DNA from: Podospora anserina
Taxonomy: Eukaryota
Direction of reading: 5' to 3'
DNA: 64,000 bases
Assembly: GCA_017654855.1 (NCBI GenBank)
Contig: CM030337.1
Location: 2,852,001 to 2,916,000, forward strand
The notes below the pieces were generated by a model. The model searched no databases. It was not told the DNA's origin and saw only the letters and a program-made list of their open reading frames with translations. The translations under genes and the position numbers were made by a program. Shown in pieces: positions 33,335 to 47,161 of this stretch; the first letter of the stretch is position 1, and the number at the start of each line of letters is the position of its first letter.

Positions 33335-35657
33335 CTAACCCTCTGTGCCACTGCTTCTGAAAGTAGCACAAAGCGCCGCGTAGTGGTGCGTGAGGTCCAG
33401 GACGTTCTGCGGCAGGTTAGTGGCCTGAATGATGCTCCGAATCTTGACGGCGCCCTCATCCTCAATAAGAATGCGAATTGTGTGTAGCAGCTCGGGCGAG
33501 AACTCGCTGTACCACCTATACTGCCAAGTTACCAGCCGGATGACTGCCGCAACCGCATCTCGTGTGAGCTTGGTCTTCATAAACACCTTCAAGATACCCG
33601 CAAGGGCCTTGGGGCTAAACCGCTGTCCGAGACAGGCACGGTACGCCTCCACAGCCTCGTCCGTGTGCTGGAGGCGCTCGGCAAGGCTGCCAAGAATCTC
33701 CCACTCCTCAGGGGACTTCTTGTACTGCATGCTTTGAGCGCGGTACTGAGCCATCTGGGTACGCCATATTGTGTAGACGCGGAGGTCCTCGTAGAGTACC
33801 ATGAAAAGGCTGTCAAGCCAACGCTCACACAGCCGCTTGTTATTAAGCCGGGAGGAGTGGTCCTCGGAACCCTGTCCAATGTTAGCAACTGGCCCTACGT
33901 GGTCAGACACTGCTGCACTCACCTTCTCTTCTGCCTTCTTCACCACATCGGGGTCCATGGCACTCGAAGGTCTCTCGATATCTTCGGGCTTTCCATTGGC
34001 CGCTGGTGGCGCCAGATTTTCACCGTCAGCTTCCTGGCCAGCTTCTTCGCTCTTTTCAGCCACCTCAGTCTCCCCCACCGCGGTTTCTCCGTTAACGCCT
34101 GGGTCAGGGCTTCCGCGAAGAACATCGGTGCTAGGATTTCGGTTCGCGGGGTAATGCGAGGATTCCTGCTTCTCACGGTACTCGTCTTCCATGACGAAGA
34201 CGTTGCTCCGGATCTTGAGCAGCTGGTCCCAGCCAATCTTGGCTGTCATTTCGGTCAAGATGGCGTAGGCCTGCTTGAAGGTGCCACGATAAGTGGCCGC
34301 GCGGAGGCCCAAGAGACTCGGGTCAATCTGCTCCGAGTAACGAAAATCGGGCTCACTGTCGATCTCGTCTAGCCTCGTCTCGGGGAGGGTTGGCAAGTGA
34401 TACTCCTTCGGCTCCGGCATGATCGGTGCATCCTTATCCTGGTAGGTAAACATCGGGCACGAGTTGAGTGTCGTCAGCGCATTTTCCCAATCTTCCATGG
34501 CCACATAGACCTGGGCGAGTCTAGCCCATGTTCCAAACTCGCTTGGTGCTGCGATGGTGCTTCGGTCGGCGCAGCCAAGAGCCAGCCGTAGTCTCTCTTC
34601 CCTCTGTTCGGGAGTGGTGGCAGTCTCGGCCTTCTTCAACAGGAATTCGGCTTGCGTGTCCAGCATGACATAATCCATGGGCATTTCCTTGATGGCTTCG
34701 TGCAGGACGCGGATGCCTTGTACCTCCTCGTTGCCCATGAACATGACCTTGGCCAGCAAAGATGCAACCTCAACGTTCTGCGTGCGCAATTTCTCGAACA
34801 AGTTGATACCCGAGGCGTAGCGACCGGTAGTGTGAAAGTATTTTATGAGACCAGTCGTGAGATGGTTCGAAACAACGTTGGGTACCTGTACAACCGAGTC
34901 GGACCCGAGCGACCAGCCTGCCCGTCCATTAGCAATCGCTCGTCGTTGACGTATTCTGGTATGACAACGTACCCCTGAAAAATAGCTGCTCGGCTGCGCT
35001 GAGGAAGCGATGTTCGGTCTCCGTGTTAGTGACGGGGTTGAACCGTCTCACGCACATGATCTTCCTTATAGCATCACCTGTTCCATCGTCGGCATAAGAA
35101 TAGGCTCGCAACACACTGCAGAGATATGTCTCTAGCCAGAGCTCGTCGGTTGCCTTGCGCTTTTCGCCGCGCTCGTCAATACAGTAAGCTTCTACTGAAC
35201 CAGGAAAGGGGGCATGCACGCGCATATCGACTCGGGAGAAGGCATTGTAGCAGCTGGAAAGAAGGAGTTGTCAGCTAACGTGCTGAATACACAATCGTGG
35301 GTATAGGCGTACCAGTAGGTGCCCTCGAGCGTCTTTGTGGTTGCCGAGGGGCCAAACTCTTTGTATGCAAGAGTGTTGATGTAGGCAGCCAGACTGGCTG
35401 ACGACGAGGCATCTACACCGGTGACATGGTGGTACACCCCAACTTGCTTGGTTTGTTGTCTCAATGGTTGTTTGACGAGGTGGACGAGGTCAGGGGGCCC
35501 CAGTTCACGAAGGGAGCTCAGAGACTCGGTGCGAGCCTCAATTGCTTCGTGCAGGACCTCTTCCGTGACCCTGAGAGCAGTGTTAGTGGTTATTGAAGAG
35601 TGCCTGGCAATGACTGAGGTGGAGGCCGACGAACTCGGGAACCGCTGGCGCTACCAT
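33335..35657 (-). CDS. ChAPs family exomer cargo adaptor (Bud7/Bch1/Chs6-like)
   Basis: 'LRELGPPDLVHLVK', 'HHVTGVDASSSASLAAYIN', 'YNAFSRVDMRV', 'ALTTLNSCPMF', 'KRLCERWLDSLFMVLYEDLR' and 'WQYRWYSEFSP'. About four introns. Confidence 0.92.
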
Positions 35658-36302
35658 GATGGATGCGCCGTTGCGACGGGAATGAGATGCCCCTCAGGGA
35701 GCTCGAGAAGACGAAGCTGGTCTTAAGAAGAAGACGGGAGCTTGGACCTTGCGGTTGGATTGGAACCTGGGTGGGTAGTGGCGATTGAGAGCTGAAGCGG
35801 TGCTATTTGGATATAAACATGTATGCGCGCTGCAATCCCCAAGTCCAGAAACGTCTGATGCGCCAACTGCACAAGACTGGACGAATGCGAGGGGGTGATG
35901 TCGGGTTGTTCTGGTCTGGCCTACCCCGTGGTGTTGCTGCACAGTGGCCCAAATGCCAAATGTCTCCTGCAGCCGACAGCTTTAGTGGGGCACAGTGGGA
36001 TTGGTGTTCCTTGTAAGGCCGCGCACGGTCCCGGGCCGGGCAGGCATATCGTCACTCTCAGCACTTCGGGCGGTGCCAAGAGAGTGCCAATGAAAGCTGC
36101 CGGCCGGCATGTCGCGTCTCGAAATATACCAACCGCGATTTGGTTATTGGAGGATTTGGAGATGGACATGCGCATTCGACTACTTGCGCATACGATACAT
36201 GGCAGCAGCTTGAGACTTTCAACCCTAGCCTACCACTGATAGTCGCGCCAGTTCATCCAACGGAGTCCTGCATGACCACTTTGGCATTTCACCGGCGTCA
36301 AC

Positions 36303-39300
36303 ATGGCAAGTCTCTTGCACCGTCCCGTCCAGCTCCATCAACCATGGAGAAACCACACAGAACCAATGCTAATCGCTTCGCCGCCCAGCCTGCATTTCAA
36401 GCAATCAATGTCGAACCCGACGAAATCGTCGATGAGGAGATCGACAACACTCGAGATATCCAGGTGGAAGATGCCCTGAAGCTATTCCAAACCGCCCTCA
36501 AACTACACTCGCAAGGCCCCAAGTTCTTCGATGACGCGGCCGACGCCTATAACGCCCTTTTCGGCTCCGAAATCTTCAAATATCCAGAGGCAAAGACCGA
36601 GTACGAGCGGGCCGAAGCGGGCGAAGATGGCGTCCTGGCTGTTGAGCCCACGTTTGCGACAGTGCTCGATGCCGCTGCCGCAGAGACCGACACCCTGAGC
36701 AACACCCTCCCACAAGCCTTCTACCTCGCGTACAAAAACCACGGCCAATTTATCGTCGATCGGATTAGGCGCAAGATCCGAAAAGCTTTCGTGGCCAAGT
36801 CGGCCGCTCTTGAGGATCCAGCTGTGTTGGAAGATGCCAGGAAGGCACTGGAGGATTTCAGCGCCGCGCTCGACCGTGACCCCTCAGACGCCGAGTTATG
36901 GAGAAAAACCGCCCGCATGGCTGCTTTCCTGAATAGCAGCCGGATTAGTCGCTACAGCTTGGAGGCTGCCATCGAATTGGACGATGACCCTGCGGTGGAC
37001 GAGGTGGAGCCCCCTTCGTTGGCAGAAGGATATGCGGGCGAGGATCTCAAAGACCAGCTTCAAGTCTTGGGGGATGAAATGGCGCTGGGCCATCCGATAA
37101 TGAAGCCCTTTGTGGAACGAGGACTTCCTCCCATGCTGAAACGGTATCAAGATCCAATACCCTTTCTTCCGAATCCTGCCAAGTCATTGGCTGTGCCCAA
37201 GAAACAGACAACAGATGTCCCACCCCCACGACATGTTATTTCTGCCGCGAGCTCCTCCTGGACAGAGCTGGGTGCGGCCATGGTGCGTTTCGTCGAGGAA
37301 GAGGGGCTTTCAGGACAGGCGGTGTTTTTGGAAACTCCAGATGCGGCGGACGATGAGGATATCCAGATGGAAATAGATATGCAACTTTTGCCTCCGGATT
37401 CCTCGCCTCCTCCCGACAGGCCATCTGAATTTGCTGTGAAAGACGAACAAGCTTCGGGCGAGCAATCCGAGAAACCACAAGCGGCTGAGGAAGAATCCAC
37501 GCCAATGGTGGCAGAGCCGGCATCCCTGGGTGAAGCAACGGGCAAGGAGCGTGCTTTGCCTTCCAGGAAGCGTTCTCAGTCAGTTGCTGGGCTTCCCGAT
37601 CCCCCGGAAGAAGAGGCGGCCGAGGGCAAGCGGAGCAAGCGGACTCGACGGCGGGAAACAGGGCGACGAGAAACAGCGGCGGAAGAGATTGTGGATCCTG
37701 CCCGGCTTCTCGCGACGCAATTGCAACCGTTACAGGCCGCTGACCAGAATCTGTTTCAAACGACCAAGAATCTTCTGGAGAATCTTGGAGTAACGGACCA
37801 TGTGACACTGGAAAGAATAGCTGAGGTCCTTGATTCGTGTGCGTCTGACGACCGGATGGGGAAGATTCAGAATCTATCAACCGTTGATCTTCGAGATTCG
37901 ATTCTCCAGTTTGACGAGGAGAATGCCACTGTCCTGCTAAGTAAGCGTGAGCGCCCGCAGCTCAGTCTCTCGGCCTTCCTTGAGCACACCAAGTCAGGGT
38001 CTCAGCGAGCAAATGAGGCCCCGACGTTCGATGAGACCCGGGGCGTTCGAGCTTTTGTTGAAAAGATCAACAATGGATGGTACCCAGTTCAAGACGTGGT
38101 GTTTGAGTTTCTCAAGATCATTATGCCTACATACACTGGGACCAAATGGCCAGACCACACCAAGACAACGCTGTCGGATGTTATCACACAGTTTGGCTCC
38201 AGCATATACGAGAGGGTCACCTACGAGCTCGACTTGTGCCTTGCGAAGGGCGACCATGAGGCGCATCTTGAGCTAGTCAAGCTGGTACATATGGTGTTTG
38301 AACTCTACCTGGACGTCTATGAACGCACCACCAACCCTAACAGCACGGCAGAAGAAAGCACCAAGGTTGAGATTCAGCTGCGTGTGGACAAGTGGATGGA
38401 CCTCACGACGGAAGTCACAAGACAACGGAATCCAAACACAGACGACGAGCTCTCGTCACGCTTCCTGTGGGCTGGAGTGTATGCCACAACATTGGCGAAA
38501 GACACACCACGAGATCATATCCTCAACTGTTGGCACAGCATGTACGATCATCTTCTCGAGTCCTCCATCAGCGAAATCACATTGCCCAACAACGCTGTTA
38601 TGCCCGAAATTTCAACCGCTGCTGCCGAACGCGAGATATCAAAGTTGACGACGATGGACTTCTTCTTGGGTCTCTTCCAGGAGGACATGGGTGATCCAAC
38701 CTCTGTGATTGACAGTCTAGAACCGGTTTTGAACCCGGAAAATGTTTACATCACGGTGCCTGGCACGTCGGAGCCAAATGGAACCGACGGTGACCACTCA
38801 TGGGCAAAGCAACAGAAGTTGCCGCTCTTGGAGTGCGCAAGCCAGAGTCTGATGGACTTGTGGAAGTTCCTCAAGCGGAGCAGCACGGAGCTCAGGCTGT
38901 TGCTATGGTCACGACTGGGCGAGGCGTACGGCAAGATTAGCTATGCGACCAAACAGTTCTCGTGCTTTTTGAGGAGCATCGAAACCATCATCACCGACTT
39001 TGAACATGCAGATTACCTCGAGACACCACCCGAACCAAGGAGGGCCCTGTTTATGACCATGATCAAGGCGCTGGATGATCTGATCATACAATCATTGCAC
39101 TTGGCCTTGAACGACAACAGCGCATTCGACATCATTGATGAGGAGCACTTGAAGTCAACCCTCTCGGCCCTCGCCAAACTCAGCTGTCTCCTTCATGTAG
39201 CAGCCATGTACGAGGACGAGACTCGCATCGGGATGAGACCGGCGCCGGCCAACAACTCAACTCTACGATCGTTCCTCAACAAGCTTCAGGAGATGCAGGT

Positions 39301-42300
39301 GAGAACTTGGTCCCTTCAGTATACCATGCTCAAGGTCGGCATTCAGCAGCATCCAGACGCTTTCCCCAACTACGAAAACGACTTGGCCGAGTACCTGGCG
39401 GCCGTTCATCAAGTTCTCGGTCTGCGCAAGAGCTGCAAGTCGTCCAACAAGATCTTCCTCAAGATGATGCGGGTGGAGCTCCTGAAGCAGAGGAACATTG
39501 AGAACTGGGAAGATTACCTGGGGCAGGTCCTTTACGATCTGCACGGCTTGAAGCTCGGAGTTGGTATCTGGGAGGTTCAGGAGCATGGCTGCGAGCCTGA
39601 GAATCTCGAGAAGCGCCAGGCTCTGCAGCTTGTCGAGAAGATCACCGTCCTTGCCAACAGGATGTCGATGAAGGATCTCCTGAAATCGGATCTCAAGACC
39701 ACGATTGAACGGATGCAGCAGGCGATTGGGACTACCAAGTCCAATCCCCAGATGACGCACAATCTGCGCAATTACACCGAGTACCTCAAGACTCCCATCC
39801 ACCCCTTGCACCTCTTCCAGGCGCTCGACGGCAGTATCGACCTCGACGCCGTCACCATTAACACCGTGGACAGCGCTCCCGCCAAGCACGGGTGGTACTT
39901 CCTCCTCGGCATGATCGGTCTCACCAAGTTCAAGGGCGTCGAGCTCGCGCGGCGCCAAACACCGGGCGCTACTGACGATCTCCGCATTGGCGCCACGTAC
40001 CTGCGCCTCCAGCTTCAGTTCACCCCCGACCGTTGGGATGCGTGGTTCCGTCTGGCCGAGTGCTTCGACTATGAGCTGGACGAGTCTGTCCTCTGGAGCG
40101 CGGACAAGATGAACAAGGACCGGGCTGAGCTGGTGAAGTTCCAGCGAAGCTCTATCCATTGTTACACGCTGGCGTTGTCGCATTCGTATGCCTGGTCGGC
40201 TGACCCGCACGCGTATGGGGCTTCAGAAGATGAGAAGGAGGCGCTGAACGACATGTACCGCGAGTTTGGCATGCGGATGTATGCCTCCAGCCGGGAGCCG
40301 TTTGCGATGGAGCCGTTCAAGCACTCTGATCAGGAGAGGTGGTTTATCGAGCCAGAAGGGATCGAGACTTTCCGACGGATTCGTCACAACGAGATGACAG
40401 ATTATCAGGTCTGGAAGTTTGCGGCTCACTTGTTCCGCAAGGCGATGGAGGGCAAGCCAAAGGAGTGGAAGAACCCTTACATGGTGGCGAAGTGCCTGTG
40501 GAAGATGTACACCAAGGCGCCCGAGGAGCTGGATGAGAAGACTCGCCGGCATCGTCCCACAGTGAAGATGATTCTGAGGGCGCTCGAGAAGACAGTGGAG
40601 GTGGTGTCGGCGTTGCCGAAGCCTCGCAGTGGTCAGGATCCGATTCTCGAGCCGCACTACAAGATTGTCTCTGTGGTTGACAAGCTGGTTCGTCGGGGGG
40701 ATTTACCCCGTCAAGAAGCTGCTGATCTTCTTCAGCGTCAGCCGTACGCTATCGACAGAGGGAAACCAGTTACGGTCGATACCCCTGAGGAGTGGGAGGC
40801 GTACATTATTCGGTGCTTGCGGTACTTGCGAGACAAGGATAAGTCCAACTGGCAACATCGCATTATCATGCGGCATGCTCGGGTGCTCTTTCCCGACTCC
40901 GTGGACGAGAACGACCCTGCCAACGTCGACGCCGCCAAGGCAGCCTTTGCCGTCTTGAGAGAAAACATGTTCACCAAGACCATGGTGATGAACGTCTGGA
41001 AGTGTGAAGCCGAGCGTTCTGGTCGGCACTACGTCTACACCTGGCGCTACATCAAATACGTCGCCAAGATCCTCGCCGCCCTGAACGACAGAACCAACCT
41101 CGAGGCTGTCCTCCGACGTATTCGCAAGCGCGGCGCCGACTTTTACTACTTCAACGAGCTCTGGCAGTACTGTGTCCAAATCTACCTCAAGCTGATCAGG
41201 CAAACCTTCAACGTCCCCTCCGCCGGCGAGGACGCCTTCAAGACGTTGAATACCGAAGAATTCGACGTCGTAGGCGAGAAAATCACCGAGTGGGCCACCA
41301 CGCCCGCAGCAGAATCCCACCCTGCCCTCAACGCAATGAAGGAAGCGGTCGAGCTGAAGAAGTTGAACTCCAACCTCATGAAGGCGGGTCCCATCGACGA
41401 CCTGATCACAGACTGCTACTCAACCATCTACCTCGATGTCAGACCTGAGCTGCCCCGGCCAGCTGAACATAGCACCGAAACCCAACCGGGTGAAGATTCC
41501 TCTCAGCAACCACCACCGTCCGCTTCTCAAGACGGGGTTGGGGTTGGGGTTCCGGCGGCGGAACTCAAAAGCAAGCTCCTCCAGAACCTGGTCGCCCAAG
41601 AAGAAAAGACCGTTCTCGGCTCGTTGCGGGCGGTGTCGGAGCAGCCTGACCGTTCTGAAAAAGCGTCCGTGGCAGGGGATGCAGCACCGCGAAGCCACAG
41701 ACTGGGCGTTCGTCGGCCGAACATCCTGCGCAAGGCGGACGATGCCGTGCAGGCTGTTTTGCGGGTTGCTGAGGCGCCAAAGTCGGCGGTTAGCGGTGCC
41801 TCCCGCGGCAGAGGTAAAAATGGGCGGACGCCAAGGGAGAGTGAGGATGAGGAGGGGGAGGAGGAGGGGGAGGATGTGGAGATGAAGGATGCCGGTGCTG
41901 CTGCGGGTGGACATTCGAGGAAGGCGAGTAAGGCGAGTAATAATGCTGGGGGGGTTGTGGGGGTTGGGAGCGAAAGGTCGACTCCTGGGCCCGGGGGTTG
42001 GAATGATGATGATGACGATGAGAGTGACTTGAGTGATGTGCCGCCGGATTATGAGGATGATATTCCGGAGAGTCTGCTGTTTCCCAGTTTGGGGAAGGTT
42101 GCTAAGGTGGAGAGCGAGGGGGAGGAGGAGGAAGGGGAGGAGGAGGAAGGGGAGGAGGAGGAAGGGGAGGAGGAGGAAGGGGAGGAGGAGGAAGGGGAGG
42201 AGGAGGAAGGGGAAACGGTCATGGAAGGGGAGGAGACGGTCATGGAGGAGGGGGATCAGACTGCTGAATTGGGGGATGAGAATATGGAGGAGGACGAGGA

Positions 42301-42655
42301 AGAAGAAGAGGAGGAGGATGAAGGAGAAGAGACCCATGCTGAGGATGGACCAGATGAGGAAATGGTGGATACCGAGATGGAAGATGTGGGACCTCGATCT
42401 GATCATGAGGACGAGGTGGTGGATGAGGTGGAGGAGGGGGAGCAGGCTGATGATGAGGATGATGAGGATGATGAGGATGAAGAAGATGGTGAGGAGGAGG
42501 AAGACGAGGACGATGATGAGGATGAGGCGGAAGAGGCTGAGGAAGAAGAGGAGGAGGACGGGCATGAGCGGCCGGTGGAGATGGCGGAGGCTGGAGATGG
42601 GGAGGATGATGAAGAGGCTACTGAGGATGAGGGGCTAGAGCAGGATGTCGAGTAG
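36303..42655 (+). CDS. HIR3: Histone transcription regulator Hir3 (HIR complex, Cabin1-like TPR protein) with a long acidic C-terminal tail
   Basis: About 2090 aa. N-terminus 'PAFQAINVE…IQVEDALKLFQTALKLH', 'YLAYKNHG', 'ILEPHYKIVS', 'DKSNWQHR' and 'VWKCEAERSGRHYVY'. The start is inferred as an ATG-only exon (36303-36305) plus a GC-AG intron (36306-36388). Confidence 0.88.
42119..42208 (+). repeat. 15-bp coding tandem repeat (GGGGAGGAGGAGGAA) x6 encoding (GEEEE)6 in the Hir3 tail
   Basis: Six perfect copies. Confidence 0.92.
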
Positions 42656-43280
42656 GGCTTTGCTGTTAAGCTCAGTGGCGGGTGCATATGTGTTCTGGGT
42701 GGTTAAATTGAGGGCGTCCGTGATTTCGGGTAGCTGTTTGAAGCGAAAAGGGTTATGGGGGCATTGCAAATGTTGCGTTGATTTGCATGTTTTATGATGA
42801 GTCCATCATGACCTATTTCCACAGCGCTGCCTTCTAGTCTAGTATTTCTAAGAATTTACAGTTACTCTTGCCGCATTCTGTCAGTTCATCCTCGCCTGCT
42901 GATAAAAGCAATGACATCAAAGCTCACGAGAGCTACCCCTGTATTTGGAGGCGGGGCTAGCCCGCCTGCCGGGAAAGTCCCACCATCCTGCTGGGCAAGC
43001 AGCACCCCGCGCGTCACCTGCAACCCCACCAAACTCACCTGCCTTGTCTGCCTGCCCTGCATGTGCTTGGGGTCCTGTCTTGGCCGACGCCTCTAAAGCT
43101 TCCTCTTTACAAACACTTTTACTTTCCTCCAGGCATCTTCTTACTTCCACTCTCAAATCCCATAACTCGTCGACATCTTCTCCCTCTCAAACCAAACTCT
43201 TCCTCCCGTAACGAGCTACCACCTTATCTATTCCAACCAAAACCGAGCCCCTCATCACCAAATCAGGCAAAACAGCAACC

Positions 43281-43886
43281 ATGTCTTCGTCCAAGAGAAT
43301 CACCAAGGTACTTACTTTTCCCTCCCCTCCCTTTCCCCTTTCCCCCCCAATAACTGACTAACCTTTTGCCCTTCAGGAGCTAAACGACTGCCTCACCTCC
43401 CCACCCCCCTCCATCACCATCACCCTCCCCTCGGAATCCAACATCTCCCTCTGGCACATCACCCTCACCGCACCCCCTGAATCAATCTACTCCGGCGGCA
43501 AATTCGGCCTGATTGTGCAATTTCCCCCAGAATACCCTTTCAAACCTCCCACCATCACCTTCGCAACCCGCATCTACCACCCCAACATCACCAACGAGAC
43601 AAACGGCTCTATCTGCCTTTCGTTGCTCAAAACAGACAATTGGAAGCCGTCAACCAAGATTGTCACTGTGCTGGAGGCAATTAGACAACTGCTTGTCGAG
43701 CCGCAGCCGGATGACCCATTGGAAACAAGAATCGCGGAGCAGTACAAGAATGAGAGGAAGGAGTTCGAGAAGGAGGCGAGGGCGTATGTGGGGAGGTATG
43801 CCAAGGGGCCGGTGCAGTTTGGCACCGAGGCGGGGGCGGCGACGACTGGGGGGGAGGGACAACAGCAGCAACAACAGGTGTCTTAG
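43281..43886 (+). CDS. Ubiquitin-conjugating enzyme E2 (Ubc4/5-related)
   Basis: 'KRITK|EL' across intron 43308-43376, 'FPPEYPFKPP', 'RIYHPNI', active-site 'GSICL', 'WKP' and 'PQPDDPL'. Confidence 0.93.
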
Positions 43887-44878
43887 TTTGATGTTTGGGG
43901 TCTTTGGACCGGGGGGGGGTGCCGCCGAGGTTTCCTCCGAGAACGACGAATGCTCTTTTGGAGCGGCGGCGGGCGGCGTCTTGGTGGGCTGATGTTTGAG
44001 GGGCTTGGAGCTGGGGCGTGTTGGGAAGGTTTTTGGGGGGTGGTGTTGCTGGACCTGCTGTTTGGAGGGGGTTCGTGTGGTGGTTTGGGAGAGGAGGATG
44101 GGGGAGAAGGTAGTTGGGGGAAAAGAGATTGTAATTGTGTGTTTTTTGGTTGGGTTTGACCTATTACAGCGAAGTCTACCAAGACAGTTATTCGGGATAT
44201 GATACATGTTGAGGGGTTGGTCGGTGGTGAAGACATGGCAGCGGTAGTCATTTAATCAATCAAATACAAGCACTTCAAATTACTGAGGTCACCATCACAA
44301 AACATCATGTATTTGATCTCGAGATGTGAACAAACGCGCTCCTTTGTATTTTTCGACTCCCCTCTTCCTTCGCATTCACTAACTAGCCAGCCAGTCCCTA
44401 ACTTACACACACCACAACATGCTGAAGAAGAACGAACAGAAGGGAAATATGAACAAGAAGAAAAGTCTTCACAGAAAATGAAAAGAGATGATGCTATGCT
44501 ATTTTGAACCACCCAAAATAAACAAACAAAAAAAGCCCAGAATATGCCCCCCCCTGATCACCGTTTGTTTTGCCGCCTTTGCCATTTGCCTTCTCCAAAT
44601 AGGTACAAGAACCCCAGAGAGACCCTCGCCGTTTATAATGCTTTGACTCCCTTCCCTCCAACCTTCTTCTCGTTTTTCCCCGGAGCTAATGATTTTTCGC
44701 AAAGTGTGTTTTGACAAAAGAAAGCCTCGGTTGCTGTCACAACGTCCCCGACGTGACAGCACTCGGTTGTGATGTGATGCGATGTGGTCTAAAACAAAAG
44801 AAATTCCTTGCTTCAAAACGTCACCCCCACCCTCCTCCAAGCAGCAGGAGCAAAGCCAGAGACAGGCCGAGGATCACT

Positions 44879-47130
44879 CTACATCACCTCCGCAGCCCTG
44901 ACCTGCTCCTTGTTCCCCCCCGACTTATTCCCCCCCACCCTTCCAAAAACCCCCCTCATGCCGCCGTCCACCCCCCCAGCTAAATCCAACCCCCTCGTCC
45001 CTGTTCCCCCGTTGCTGCTACTCCCACCGCCCAAAGCAGCAGCCTCCTGCTCCGCCTTCCACCTCCTAATCCCATCCCTCCTCTCCTGCCTCTTCTCCTC
45101 AACATCATCCTGGCTCAAATGCCCGATCCCGTTCCGCCTCTTGTAGCACAAATCCATCAGCGCGTTCGCGTCCAGCAGCTTCCGTGGAAACTGCTGCACA
45201 ACCCCAAACATCTCCATCGGATCCTGCACCGCCTTGATCTCGGGCTCCCCCAGCTTGAAGATCGTCAACGCAACCCTAAACAGCGTCCTGCTCCCCTCGT
45301 AGAAAAACACGTCCCAGACTCTCAGGACCGTCTCGATGGGGAGAGTCCCGATGAAACAAGACATGAACCAGGCCGTCATGCAGAGTGTTATGGCAGGGAG
45401 CCGATTAGGATCGCTCACGCTCTGCTGGTTGGCCCTGTGTCCGCTGCCGGGGAGGCCTCGTTTGGGTTTCTTCTTTCCCCCTCCTCCCCCGCCCAGTCCC
45501 ATGTCCTCGTCGCCTCCTATTTGCTTCCAGACATTAGGGAGAGAGTCCTTGAGCGCCACCATCAAAACCCCAAGATCAACTTTTGATCCCTCCAGGCTCA
45601 TCTCGTGCGTGCCCGGAAGATAAACCCTGGTGATGACATTAAGCAACCAAAACGCCTGCTCCTCGGTCTCAACAAACAGCAGCAGTAACCCAGCCAGAAA
45701 GTTCAGACTCTGACAGTACCCAATCCGGGGGTTATACAACGCAAACGCGTGCAAGACCCTCCTGAGCGACGTGATGATCTCCGGCTCTGGCGCTGGCTCG
45801 ACCTCGACCGCATCATCTCCCTCCTCACCGCCAACCGGACTACTCGGAGGTGGCGGCGCCGGCCTGGGCGGCGGCTTGAACCGGATATTGTCAGGAAACG
45901 TCCTGTATAAATCCTTCTCGATATCGTCCACAATCAACGGCTTCACCTCCCCCACCAACCCCGGCATGCTCCCCGGCCCGGTGGGATCCAACGCAGCCCG
46001 CCTCAGCAAATCTTCGTACACACCCCGGTGCTTGCTCAGAATCGCCGGCCCGCCCGCGTAGTAAAACCAGGCCGCCCCTCTCCAGTCTGGCGGGATGCCC
46101 TTTCGGATGAATCTCTTCGTCTTGGTGCTGCGTGGCGGGAATCGTATAGGTCGGTCCGTCATGAGCGAGTTGTCCTTGAGAAAGGCAATCCACTTCTTGC
46201 GTCTCCTGGACAAGTATTCGGTATAACCGGCGTTCCAAGCGTCATACGCCTGGCGGGAAACATTAGGACCCGCCTTTCGGAACCCGTACCGGTCCCGGGC
46301 GCCTGGCTCCTCCGGTGGTTCCTGTGGCATTGGTGGCGGAGCGCGAGATGGCGTTGTAGGGCGAGAAGCTGGTATCGGCATCGTGGGTATCGGTAGCTCT
46401 GGCTGTACAGGCGACAAGGGCGAAACTGGTCTCTCTTCCTCCCGTTCCACCGCCTGCTGCACTGGGACATCATCCCTATCCACCAACTTGGCCGAATCGT
46501 GCTTCTCCAGCCCTTCGGCTTCAGCCAGATTTCTCTTCGCGATATGCTGTCCAAATCCGAAATCCTTCGGCAACGAGTTCGTTGGCAGTAACGACTGTCT
46601 AAACTTGGGAACCGACTGTCTCGAACCCGGACTGCCCATCGGAATCGCGATGCCAGTTGGCGCTGGCAAGCTGTCGTTCATCGCTTCCAATATCTTCTCC
46701 TTCACCACGTCGGCGTCGGAATGGTGGCTGCTTGCAGGCCTCGAGCTGTTCCTCCGTGGCATCGGGTTGTCCAAATCAGCCTGCGCAAAAATGTCCTCGT
46801 CGTCCGCAAACCTCATGCTCTTCCGTATGCTTTCAATGTCCGAATCGTTGAACCCTCTCTCGTACATTCCCATCACATCCTCCAAAAGCCCATCGTCTCC
46901 AATGATGGAGTTGTGCCACCAGCTTGCCCGAGCATAGATGTTAGTAATAGATTGGTGATCCCCGACACTGCTCGCCTTGGTGAGAACGCTGTTTCTCTCG
47001 GTTCCCGTCGCTGTGAATAACGTGCCCTGAGCCGTGGAGGATGTGAGCTGGGATCGAAAGCTCGACCGAAGGGTTTCGTCCGGTGCCGAGAGCCATGGTG
47101 GTGGCTCGCGAGGTTGAACTGGCTGTTGCT

Positions 47131-47161
<31 letters not shown>

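Noticed and set aside
36140-36302. N-terminal 83-codon extension of HIR3 in the ORF track
   Set aside because: It starts at a non-ATG codon, and the conserved-looking sequence begins only after the acceptor at 36388.
39263-42565. Long antisense ORFs (315, 205 and 381 aa) opposite HIR3, and similar ones opposite SSF1, NPA3 and CWF19
   Set aside because: Shadow ORFs caused by GC-rich codon bias and acidic repeats on the coding strand.
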